A stretch of 64,000 bases of DNA from Thermomicrobiales bacterium (lineage in GTDB: Bacteria; Chloroflexota; Chloroflexia; Thermomicrobiales; UBA6265), in contig OZ244595.1 in assembly GCA_965218235.1 (NCBI GenBank), positions 14,083 to 78,082 of the forward strand. Direction: 5' to 3'. Position 1 is the stretch's first letter. Each line of letters begins with the position of its first letter. Below, one piece after another: positions 14,938-23,732 of the stretch. The notes under the pieces were generated by a model. It saw only the letters and a program-made list of their open reading frames with translations, made no database searches and was not told the origin of the DNA. The position numbers and the translations under genes were made by a program.

Positions 14938-16806
14938 TTAGGCCTGCTCCTCGGGACGAAGGGCCGCGACAGACGGGCGGTTGTCCGGGCTCCACAGCAT
15001 CCAGCCGTTGCCTCCAAACGCCTCCGCGGCGTCGATCTGCTCCCGGACTTCGGCCGGCCCGTACTCGGCGAACCCGTCCAGCGGCTGCGTGAAGTCCTGT
15101 AACCAGGGTCGGAACTTGTCGACCGACTCCGGCACCATCTCGGCCGCCCGTTCCAGACTCTCGGTGATCGTCTCGCCTGGGTAATCGTTCGGTTCGCCGG
15201 GGGCCGAGGCGATGTTGCCGAGCTCGAAATGGGACGGGTAGATCATCAGGCAGAGGTAATCGGCCAAGGGGGCGAGCTGCCTGAGCCGCTGGCCGATTCC
15301 CTGATCGTCGTCGTAGAGGGCGATGATGCCGAAGACGTCGAGGGCCAGCTTGGCCCCGGTCGGCCGAATCGCCCTGGAGCTGCGCTCGATGAACCCGGTA
15401 ATCGCGCCCTCACGAGCCTCCTGTGAGTAGTCCGGTCCGAAGTCGGCGACGGTCAGATCGCCATCGGAGGGGAACCGGACGTAGTCGTACTGGATCTCGT
15501 CGAAGCCCATCCCGACCGCTTCGAGGGCGAGGGCGATGTTGGCGTCCCAGAGCGGTTCGTTGAAGGCATTGACCCAGGCGACGCCGTTCGGGTCCCGCCA
15601 CGACTCACCGGTGTTCTCGTTCTTCACCGCGTACTCGGGGTAATGCTCGGCGACGAGCGGGTCCTGGAAGATGACCATCCGGGCGATGACGTAGATGCCC
15701 TCGTCATGGAGTCGCTGGACGAGCGCGGTCGGATCGTAGACCGGCACGATCATATCCGGGACGTGCGTGAAGAAGGCGACGCCCGTCTGGTAGAAGATAG
15801 TGTCCACCTTGACGTCGAGGACGACCGCGTTGAGTTCGGTCGTATTGATCATCTCGATCATCCCGGCGATCGCGTCTTCATCGGCGAGACCAGACTGGTT
15901 GAGGTACGACGCCTTGATCGTGATCCGTTCGAGTGTCGCGTTCGCCGTCCGGCTGGCATCGACCGGAAGCGTGAGATTGTCGAAACCGGACGCCGAGACC
16001 CGGACGACCGTTGCGCCCTCGGCGCCGTCGAGCGTGAAGCTCCCGTCGGTCCGGGTGACCGCCGTCGCCGCGCCGCCCTGGACGAGCGCATTGCCAACCG
16101 GCTGCCCCTCGCCATCGAGGACGGAGCCGGTGACGCGAGCGTTGACGAGACTCGCATCGACCATCGTCCGGTAGTTCACCGCACCGTCCGAGGCGGAGTA
16201 GCCATCGGCGGTGAAGGTGAGCGATGCGCCCGGCGGGATGCCGGCGAGCGAGTACCGCCCGGCCGCGTCGGTCGTGACCGTCTGGTCGGTGCCGGTGACC
16301 ACCACGACGGCTCCGGCAATGGGCTGACTCGTGGCTCCGTCGATGATGACTCCGGCGACGCTCGAGGATCGAAGCGCGACGTCGACATTCGAGATACCAG
16401 CGGCCGGGATGGTTGCCTCGACCCGGTAGTAACCATCGTGCTCGAACGCCATCGGCGCGGTGCCGATCACCTCCGGGTCCAGGTAGACCATTCCGTTGGC
16501 GTCGCTGGTCGCCATGATACCGTTCGCTGACACGCGAACCCCCGTGACGGGGCCAGCGGCGTCCGTGAAGGCATAGGAGACCTGACGAGCGGCGTCGGTC
16601 GATCCTGTGAACTGGATCCAGGCAATGAGAAGGAAGGGAATGATCAGAATCGAGCTATACCACCAGCTGACCCTGGGCCAGGGCCGTTGGCGATCCAGGC
16701 CCGACGATTCGGCGGAGGCTGCCGTTGACCCGGGTGGGGTCGCGTCGTGAGGACCCGGTCTCCGGGGCCGAGGGGCGGCGAAATGAGGATCGGGGGACCG
16801 GTTCAG
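14938..16806 (-). CDS. membrane-anchored putative glycoside hydrolase (DUF4015-like) with carboxypeptidase-regulatory-like beta domains
   Basis: TELNAVVLDVK, IYVIARMVIFQD, GFDEIQYDYVRFP, MIYPSH, RPWLQDF. The frame is open upstream of 16533 through a TM helix; start proposed at CTG 16806. Confidence 0.8.
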   Translation of the reverse strand: MNRSPDPHFAAPRPRRPGPHDATPPGSTAASAESSGLDRQRPWPRVSWWYSSILIIPFLLIAWIQFTGSTDAARQVSYAFTDAAGPVTGVRVSANGIMATSDANGMVYLDPEVIGTAPMAFEHDGYYRVEATIPAAGISNVDVALRSSSVAGVIIDGATSQPIAGAVVVVTGTDQTVTTDAAGRYSLAGIPPGASLTFTADGYSASDGAVNYRTMVDASLVNARVTGSVLDGEGQPVGNALVQGGAATAVTRTDGSFTLDGAEGATVVRVSASGFDNLTLPVDASRTANATLERITIKASYLNQSGLADEDAIAGMIEMINTTELNAVVLDVKVDTIFYQTGVAFFTHVPDMIVPVYDPTALVQRLHDEGIYVIARMVIFQDPLVAEHYPEYAVKNENTGESWRDPNGVAWVNAFNEPLWDANIALALEAVGMGFDEIQYDYVRFPSDGDLTVADFGPDYSQEAREGAITGFIERSSRAIRPTGAKLALDVFGIIALYDDDQGIGQRLRQLAPLADYLCLMIYPSHFELGNIASAPGEPNDYPGETITESLERAAEMVPESVDKFRPWLQDFTQPLDGFAEYGPAEVREQIDAAEAFGGNGWMLWSPDNRPSVAALRPEEQA

Positions 16807-16924
16807 CGTGGACCATCCCTCTCGGCGCGGTAATGGTAGCGCCGCCTGATCGTGAACGCATTCCGCCGGTGTGCGATGAACGGGCGGGTCGGCAGCGATC
16901 CTGCGTCTGACATTACGGGATTTC

Positions 16925-16990
16925 AGTCTAGCATAGGGTCCTCCCAGCCCAACTCATCGTTTGACACTGTCTGACCAGATTCCTGATAAT
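16925..16990. promoter_or_regulatory. divergent promoters
   Basis: Plus strand TTGACA(16961)-18 nt-GATAAT; minus strand extended -10 TGcTAGACT at 16933-16925. Confidence 0.55.
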
Positions 16991-17058
16991 GACGCGATTC
17001 GATTTGATTTTCACAAACTGGCCCCCGGCTGACGCCTTACCGGTAGGATCACCGCCCG

Positions 17059-18048
17059 ATGAGCACCGCGACATCGCTCGATGTCTTCGATCTTCTCCAT
17101 CGCGAGCTCGACGAGATGGACGCTCGCATCGTGGAGACCGTCGACATCGGAATCCCGCAGGTCAATGAGCTCGTCCGTGGGGTCATCACCTCCGGCGGAA
17201 AACGGCTCCGCCCGACGATCCTGATTCTGACCGGGCGTGCCTTCGCCCCCAACCATCGCGCCGTGATCGACGCGGCCGCCGGGATAGAGCTACTCCACAC
17301 GGCATCGCTCATCCATGACGACGACATCGACCATTCGGCCCTCCGCCGCGGTCGCCCAACGCTCAGTGCCCAGGTCAGTTCCGTGACGGCGATCCTGATC
17401 GGCGACTACCTGTTCGCGCAGTCAGCGATCCTGGCGGCGTCGACGGACAGCACCCGGGTCGTCTCGGTCTTCGCATCGACCCTGGCTGACCTTTGTCGCG
17501 GCCAGATCCGCGAGATGCTCGAGTCGCACCGGCTCGATCAGACGTTCGCGCAGTACGAGGAGCGGATCTACGGCAAGACCGGGTCGCTCTTCGCCGGCGC
17601 GGCCGAGATGGGCGCGATCCTCGGGGGCGCCGACGATCACACCATCGCCGAACTCCGCGCCTTCGGTCGAGAGCTCGGAATCGCGTTCCAGATCGTCGAC
17701 GACATCCTCGACCTCCGGGAAATGACTGGGGCGATCGGAAAACCGGCCGGCAACGACTTGCGGGAGGGCACCGTCACCCTGCCGATCATGCGCTACAACG
17801 CCGGGCTGATCGATGGCTCTCCGGAGCAGACGGTTCTGGCCAAGATCGTAAACGGTGATGTCACCGACGACGCGGTGATCGACGGGGTCGTCACGAACAT
17901 CCGCCTCTCCGGCGCTCTCGACGAGGCGGCGTCGGTCGCAGCCGACTACGTCGATGCGGCCAAGTCGCATCTCTCGGTCATCCCGGACGAGCAGACGCGC
18001 CAGTACCTCCTCCAGATCGCCGACATCGTCCTCGACCGATCGACCTGA
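17059..18048 (+). CDS. long-chain polyprenyl diphosphate synthase (HepT/IspB-like)
   Basis: GGKRLRP, LIHDDDID...RRG, GKTG, AFQIVDDILD, GKPAGNDLREG. Confidence 0.94.
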   Translation: MSTATSLDVFDLLHRELDEMDARIVETVDIGIPQVNELVRGVITSGGKRLRPTILILTGRAFAPNHRAVIDAAAGIELLHTASLIHDDDIDHSALRRGRPTLSAQVSSVTAILIGDYLFAQSAILAASTDSTRVVSVFASTLADLCRGQIREMLESHRLDQTFAQYEERIYGKTGSLFAGAAEMGAILGGADDHTIAELRAFGRELGIAFQIVDDILDLREMTGAIGKPAGNDLREGTVTLPIMRYNAGLIDGSPEQTVLAKIVNGDVTDDAVIDGVVTNIRLSGALDEAASVAADYVDAAKSHLSVIPDEQTRQYLLQIADIVLDRST

Positions 18049-18151
18049 CGAACGCGCCAGGATGACTGGTCGCATTGACGAGCAGGGGGAGCCATCAAGT
18101 GGCTCCCCCTGCTCGCGTTCCCTGGCTATCAACATCCACGACAGACCGATC

Positions 18152-18862
18152 CTACGGAGTCGCCCGCGGCGTGGCAGCCGGCGTCGAGAACGCTTCGCTC
18201 ACGACCGGCAGGACCTCGTCGACCAGCCACCGGTCATCGCCGTCGACGAAGGCGACCCAGAACAGCGCCGTAACGTCATCAGCCGTCGGACTCCTGATCG
18301 TCGATTCAAGGATCGCGCCGATCCGTCCATCCGGCAGGAGACGAGCATCGCGGATCGGGATCATCCCGACCGGCTGACTGCCTTCGATCGCGCCGAGCGG
18401 CACCGGGAAGCGGCCCAGAAGCTGCTGCGCCAGCTCCGGCTGCTCCTGGGCGGCCAGAGCGGCGTTGGCCAACTGGCCGATGTACTGGTCGCTGATCAAC
18501 GCCAAGATCCGGAGCGGGTCGAACGCGTTGGCGCACGCGACCAGCTGCCGGACCGTGTCTGTGATCCCCTCCAGCTCCTCGTCAGTGACGGCCGGACCGT
18601 CGGGCAGGGTCGCTTCGTCGACCGGCTGGGTCGTGAAGAGTGGGCTGGACGGGTCGGCCCCACCCGCCGAACCAAGTAGGGTCGTGATTTCGGCCGGGGC
18701 GACCGTGCAATCGCTGGCCGTCGGGACATCGGTCGAAGGACTTGCGTCCTGGGCCACGACGCTGACGCTCGGCGCGAGGAGCATCAGCGCCAGTCCGAGC
18801 CCCGTCAGCGTTCGTCCAATGTGGTGCCTCGTGCCGGCCGGTCGGTTCATCGCCTTGTCCAT
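18152..18862 (-). CDS. secreted hypothetical protein with two Cys
   Basis: Signal peptide (LGLALMLLAPSVSVVAQD), CTVAP and ACANA motifs, acidic; ends STPAATPRATP. Confidence 0.75.
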   Translation of the reverse strand: MDKAMNRPAGTRHHIGRTLTGLGLALMLLAPSVSVVAQDASPSTDVPTASDCTVAPAEITTLLGSAGGADPSSPLFTTQPVDEATLPDGPAVTDEELEGITDTVRQLVACANAFDPLRILALISDQYIGQLANAALAAQEQPELAQQLLGRFPVPLGAIEGSQPVGMIPIRDARLLPDGRIGAILESTIRSPTADDVTALFWVAFVDGDDRWLVDEVLPVVSEAFSTPAATPRATP

Positions 18863-18983
18863 CGTCGCTCTCCCCACACGCAAGTTTCTTACGTCTCTCG
18901 AAGTCGGCCCATCGGACCACTTTGTTCCCAGGTTGACGGTCCGTTGTGTTACCAGTGTCGCGAACGCGTTGCCCTCGCCTCGC

Positions 18984-19910
18984 TCACGACACGCCGAGGA
19001 CCTCGTGGAACCGTTCCAGGAATCGATCCGAGTCGACACCGGTCGCGACCCTGACCCGACCCGAACCAACTGGACGCGTGCGCCCCTCCTGCTCGCCCAT
19101 CGTGACGACGTCGACCTCGTCCAGTTCGACTGTCACGAGCGTCGGGTCCAGCGCGACGGCGACGGCCAGCGGGTCGTGCAGGTACAACTGCTCCAGCCCC
19201 CGGTCCTCGAAGGACATCCGGCTGATTCGGAGCGTCAGTTCGGCCGCGCGACCGCGGGTCGCAGCCTGACCGATCCCCCGCCAGATCTCCCGACGAAGCC
19301 CGACCCGCGTCGTGACGTCCAGCCCGATCAGGGTCAGGTCGTCGAAGCCCGCCGCGAGGACCTGAGCGGCGGCTTCCGGGTCCTCCCAGATGTTGAACTC
19401 GGCGTGCGGGGTGACGTTGCCGGGGACATGGTACGCGCCACCCATCACGACGACGCGTGGGATGAGCTCGGCGATCCGGGGTTCGACGTTGAGGGCGATC
19501 GCGAGGTTCGTCAGCGGCCCGACCGCGATCAACGTCATCTCGCCGGGCCGCTCCCGCGCCAGCCGCACGATCGTCGCCGGTCCCGGCGCCACCTCGGATT
19601 GCCGTGAACTGGTCGGCAGGTCAGCGCCACCCAGACCGTCCTCCCCATGCACATGCGACGCCGCCCGGTGCGGCCGGGCGAGCGGGTGCGTCGCCCCGCG
19701 GTGGACCGGAACGTCCTCGTGGCCGAGGAACGACAGGACGTTGAGCGTGTTGGTCGTCGCCCGGTATACGTCGATGTTGCCGGCGACCGCCGTGACCGCC
19801 ACCAGATCGAGACCGGCGCTGTCGACGGCGAAGGCCAGCGCCAGCGCATCGTCGATGCCGGTATCGACATCGATGATGACTGGCTGGCCAGCCGAACCAC
19901 GACTCGTCAT
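18984..19910 (-). CDS. nucleoside hydrolase (IUNH family)
   Basis: DVDTGIDDA, HGEDGLG, GPLTNLA, AEFNIWEDPEAA, LHDP. Confidence 0.93.
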   Translation of the reverse strand: MTSRGSAGQPVIIDVDTGIDDALALAFAVDSAGLDLVAVTAVAGNIDVYRATTNTLNVLSFLGHEDVPVHRGATHPLARPHRAASHVHGEDGLGGADLPTSSRQSEVAPGPATIVRLARERPGEMTLIAVGPLTNLAIALNVEPRIAELIPRVVVMGGAYHVPGNVTPHAEFNIWEDPEAAAQVLAAGFDDLTLIGLDVTTRVGLRREIWRGIGQAATRGRAAELTLRISRMSFEDRGLEQLYLHDPLAVAVALDPTLVTVELDEVDVVTMGEQEGRTRPVGSGRVRVATGVDSDRFLERFHEVLGVS

Positions 19911-19936
19911 TGTCTTGCTCCCCGCGCGGACGACAC

Positions 19937-21292
19937 TCAACGGTCGGTGGGCCGCACCCGAACACCGATGTACAGATCGTTGACGTTCGTCCCTGTCGGT
20001 CCTGGTGAGACCAGTCCTCCGGCGGCGATGAAGCAGGTCAGGCTGTCATTCTGGCGCAACGCGCGGTCCGGGTCGATCCCCGCCGCCTGGATACGCTCGA
20101 CGGTCTCGGCGTCGGCGATCGCCCCGGCCGCCCCGGTCAGCGCGTCCTGCCCATCCGTCGCCAGACTGGCGATGATCCAGTCGCGGTCGTCGAAGCGCGT
20201 CTCGGCCAGGTGAATCGCCGCGGCCAGGGCGAACTCGGTGTTGCGGCCGCCGGCACCATCGCCCCGGACCGTCACGGTGGCCTCGCCGCCGCCGATCACC
20301 ACGTCGACGTCAGCATCCGCGGAGCGACAGGTCCGAACGAATGCCGCACCAAGCTCGGCCGCCTCACCCTCCCGGCCCTCCCACTCACCGGGGCAAGCGA
20401 CGGTCAGGCCGGTCTCGCTGGCGGAACCGGCGATCGCCCTGACGGCGCGGGCATTGTCTCCAATGAAGACCGGCGTCATCGATGGACCGAGAGAAGACGA
20501 AGGAACCGCAGCGAAACGGTTGAGGAGGGACATGACGGCGTCCGGAATTCGCTGGCTGAGACCGCACCGATGCACGACCGAGAGCGCCGCGCCCGCCTGA
20601 TCGGCGAGCGGCGGGCCGGGGATGGTAGCCCCGCTGGCGATGGTGCCGAGGTCGTTGCCGATGACGTCCGACAGGATCAGCGGATAGACCGGCGCGCGGC
20701 TCGCCGCCAGCAGCCCACCGGCCTTGATCCGGCTCAGCGGCCGGCGGACCGTGTTCAGCTCCCCGATCGTCGCCCCGGCCCGGAGCAGCAGGTCGGTCGC
20801 CGTTCTCAGATCGGCCAGGGCGAGCGGCGGCCGGAGCGCCTCGGCCAGCGACGACCCGCCGCCGGAGATCAGGGCGATGACGATATCGTCAGTTCTGGCC
20901 GAGCCAACCAGATCAAGCAAACGCTCGCCGGCCAGGAGCGACCGCTCGTCAGGAAGCGGATGGGCGGCCTCGATGACTTCGATCCGCTCCGGGCACCAAG
21001 GATCGCGGTGGCCGTCCTTCGTCACGACGAGGCCACTCAGGATGAGATCGCCCAGGGACTGCTCAGTCGCCCAGGCCATGCGGGTCGCGGCCTTTCCCAT
21101 CCCGACAACGACCACCTGACCCGTCAGCGGGACACATTCCTGACCGATGGTCAGACGCCCCCCGTCCCAGGCAAGCGCCGCCGCTGTCACCATAGCCGGA
21201 TCCACCGCCGCAATCGCGGCGGCGTAGAGAGCGGCGACGAGATGATGTCCAGGCTGGTAGCGAGAGGGGACCGGTATCATCGCCGGAATCAT
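19937..21292 (-). CDS. glycerate kinase type 2 (DUF4147/MOFRL)
   Basis: GMGKAA, AAHPLPD, LISGGGSSL, LSDVIG, GGEATV...GGRNTE, TDGQD, GPTGTNVND; ATGA overlap with the rluD stop. Confidence 0.92.
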   Translation of the reverse strand: MIPAMIPVPSRYQPGHHLVAALYAAAIAAVDPAMVTAAALAWDGGRLTIGQECVPLTGQVVVVGMGKAATRMAWATEQSLGDLILSGLVVTKDGHRDPWCPERIEVIEAAHPLPDERSLLAGERLLDLVGSARTDDIVIALISGGGSSLAEALRPPLALADLRTATDLLLRAGATIGELNTVRRPLSRIKAGGLLAASRAPVYPLILSDVIGNDLGTIASGATIPGPPLADQAGAALSVVHRCGLSQRIPDAVMSLLNRFAAVPSSSLGPSMTPVFIGDNARAVRAIAGSASETGLTVACPGEWEGREGEAAELGAAFVRTCRSADADVDVVIGGGEATVTVRGDGAGGRNTEFALAAAIHLAETRFDDRDWIIASLATDGQDALTGAAGAIADAETVERIQAAGIDPDRALRQNDSLTCFIAAGGLVSPGPTGTNVNDLYIGVRVRPTDR

Positions 21293-22521
21293 CGATGCGC
21301 CGGTGCGGTGCGCTCGTTCTCCTGCCGGATCCGCCCAAGGGCCTTGGACAGATCGACCGGCAGTGGCGACTCGAACCGCACCCGCGTCCCATCGGGAAGA
21401 TCGAACGCGAGGGCGGCGGCGTGGAGGAACTGGCGGCGGACCCGGTTGTCGGTCCGCTTGCCGTCGGCCCGGAGGCGACCGTAAACCTCGTCGCCGATGA
21501 TCGGGTGCTTGATGAAGGCGGCGTGAACCCGGATCTGATGCGTCCGGCCGGTCTCGATCTCGGCCTCGACCAGCGTCAGGTTCGCATTCTGGAACCGCTC
21601 GGTCGCCCGGAGGTGCGTGACGGCGTTGCGCCCGGCCGGAATCACCGCCATTCGCTGGCGCTGCATCGGGTCCCGCCCGATCGGGGCGTCGATGGTGACG
21701 ACGTCGTCCTCGAGCAGCCCGAGAACCAGCGCGATGTAGCGCTTCTCTACCGTCCGCGCTTCCCATTGCGCGACGAGGCTGTTCCGGGCCCGGTCGTTCT
21801 TCGCGGCGACGATCAGGCCCGAGGTGTCCTTGTCGAGCCGGTGAACGATCCCCGGCCGCAATGACCCGCCGACCGTCATGTCCGGCGCGTGGTGGATCAG
21901 ACCGTTGACCAGCGTTCCGGACGCGTGGCCAGGGGCGGGATGAACCACCAGCCCGGCCGGCTTGTTCAGGACGATGACGTCGTCGTCCTCGTAGACGATG
22001 TCGAGGTCCATCGCCTCGGGCAGGAGTTCATCGACGACCGGGGCTGGCACCTCGACGACGATCACCTCGCCCGGAGTGAGCTTGAACGCCGATCGCCGGG
22101 TCTGCCCGTCGACCCTGACCTGCCCCTCGTCGATCAGTTGCTGAAGGTAGGACCGGCTCAGGTCGCCGACCTCCCGGGCGATGTACTTGTCGAGCCGCAT
22201 CCCGATGTCGACGCGTTCCGGTCGCAGTTCGATCGTCCTCGCGCTGGCAGCCGGCCCCGCCGCATTGGCCTGGGTGTTTTCGCCGGCATCCTCGAAGAGA
22301 TCGCCGTCCTCGCCGACTTCATCGAGGTCGAACAGGACGGCCTCGACCTCGCCGCCGATGCTCACCTCGCGTCCGGAGACGGCGGCGTGGTCGACAGGCT
22401 CCTCCGGGCGCTCAGCCTCGTCCGGCGGGATGGTGAAGGGATTGCGGACATCGAGCCGGCGCTTGCGGCTGGCGATCCGGCGGCGCAGATTGCTACTGGT
22501 GCTGGACGTATTTTCGGTCAT
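21289..22521 (-). CDS. rluD: RluA-family 23S rRNA pseudouridine synthase with S4 domain
   Basis: RLDKY S4 domain, NKPAGLVVHP, GIVHRLDKDTSG, TGRTHQIRVH, LHA. Confidence 0.92.
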   Translation of the reverse strand: MTENTSSTSSNLRRRIASRKRRLDVRNPFTIPPDEAERPEEPVDHAAVSGREVSIGGEVEAVLFDLDEVGEDGDLFEDAGENTQANAAGPAASARTIELRPERVDIGMRLDKYIAREVGDLSRSYLQQLIDEGQVRVDGQTRRSAFKLTPGEVIVVEVPAPVVDELLPEAMDLDIVYEDDDVIVLNKPAGLVVHPAPGHASGTLVNGLIHHAPDMTVGGSLRPGIVHRLDKDTSGLIVAAKNDRARNSLVAQWEARTVEKRYIALVLGLLEDDVVTIDAPIGRDPMQRQRMAVIPAGRNAVTHLRATERFQNANLTLVEAEIETGRTHQIRVHAAFIKHPIIGDEVYGRLRADGKRTDNRVRRQFLHAAALAFDLPDGTRVRFESPLPVDLSKALGRIRQENERTAPAHR

Positions 22522-22527
22522 CTGTCG

Positions 22528-23130
22528 CTACTTCCCGTTGGTACTGGACGAGGGCGTGCGGTCGTCGCCGGTTCGGTCGCCCAACACCGGCGACGAGCTC
22601 TCGGCCGTCATCAGGGGGGCGGTCGCGTACTCATCTCCGCTCAGTCTCCAGGCCAGCAAGAGTACCCCGACCGTGATTGCGCTGTCGGCCACATTGAACC
22701 GGGGCCACGGGCCGATGGCGATGAAGTCAGTCACATAGCCATGGGAAAGGCGATCGACCACGTTGCCGACCGCCCCGCCGACCAGCAGGCCAAGGCCTGC
22801 CTGGAGCCACCGGGACGGAGCGGGGCTCCGGGCGTAGATTGCCAGCATCAGGACGACGACCGCGACGGCGATGACGGAGAGGAGCACGCCGTAGCCCACC
22901 AGCGACCCGAATGCCGCGCCTCGATTCTCGACGTAGTGCAGGCCCAGCCAGCCAGCGCCGAGGTCCCAGCGAGGGCCGCCGGCATGGCCGGGAAGCCAAC
23001 CGCGAATCAGCGCCTTCGTCGTCTGGTCGAGCAGCACGACGCTCGCCGCGATGCAGACTAGAACCAGCCAGCGCCGGCCTCTGATCTGGCTCCGGTCACC
23101 GCCGAACGATCGCCCGTTCCCGTCCGTCAT
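22528..23130 (-). CDS. lspA: lipoprotein signal peptidase II
   Basis: DQTTK, NRGAAFG, GAVGNVVDRL, VTDFI, FNVADSAITVG. Confidence 0.95.
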   Translation of the reverse strand: MTDGNGRSFGGDRSQIRGRRWLVLVCIAASVVLLDQTTKALIRGWLPGHAGGPRWDLGAGWLGLHYVENRGAAFGSLVGYGVLLSVIAVAVVVLMLAIYARSPAPSRWLQAGLGLLVGGAVGNVVDRLSHGYVTDFIAIGPWPRFNVADSAITVGVLLLAWRLSGDEYATAPLMTAESSSPVLGDRTGDDRTPSSSTNGK

Positions 23131-23158
23131 GCTGGCCAGCGTCGCCGTTCGGCGCAGG

Positions 23159-23548
23159 TCACGAGTTGTCCATCGGCATCTGGCCGCGCTCGTTCTCCGC
23201 CTGCTCGTCGACGTCGAACTCGACCCATGGGAACGCTTCGAGGCGCTCGGGATTGATCGGCTTTCCGCTTCGCTGGCTCAACCCGTAGGTCCCATCGTCC
23301 ATCCGCTTGAGGGCGGCGTCGATCTGGCTCATCTGCTCCGTCAGGTCCATCGACATCGTTATCACCCGTTCCTGCTCGGCGACGTCGGTGCCACTGTCCG
23401 CCGGGTGATTGCTCTGACCGCCTCCCTCGGCATCCTCGTCCTGAGAGAGGTCCTTCGCCTGACCGGACAGGCTCTCCAACTGCTCGACGAGGTCCGCTCG
23501 CCGGCGCTCCAGGTCCCCGCGCAGCTTCTCCAGCATCGATGCATCCAT
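23159..23548 (-). CDS. TraR/DksA-family (YteA-like) protein lacking all zinc-finger cysteines
   Basis: NHPADSGTD, IDAALKRMDDGTYG, GKPINPERLEAFPW; strong SD; upstream of lspA. Confidence 0.85.
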   Translation of the reverse strand: MDASMLEKLRGDLERRRADLVEQLESLSGQAKDLSQDEDAEGGGQSNHPADSGTDVAEQERVITMSMDLTEQMSQIDAALKRMDDGTYGLSQRSGKPINPERLEAFPWVEFDVDEQAENERGQMPMDNS

Positions 23549-23732
23549 GATTCACTCCTTCTTCGGTGTATCGACATTTCGGGCTCCGCGTCACGCGGGC
23601 CTCACCACCCGACTATCGCACGGCCGGGACCGCAGCCGGACGGGGCAACCAGCCTCCTATACTGACGAATCGAAGCGCAGACGATCCACGACCGCGCGGT
23701 TCGCCGAATCGATGGCCCCGAGAGGAACCTTG

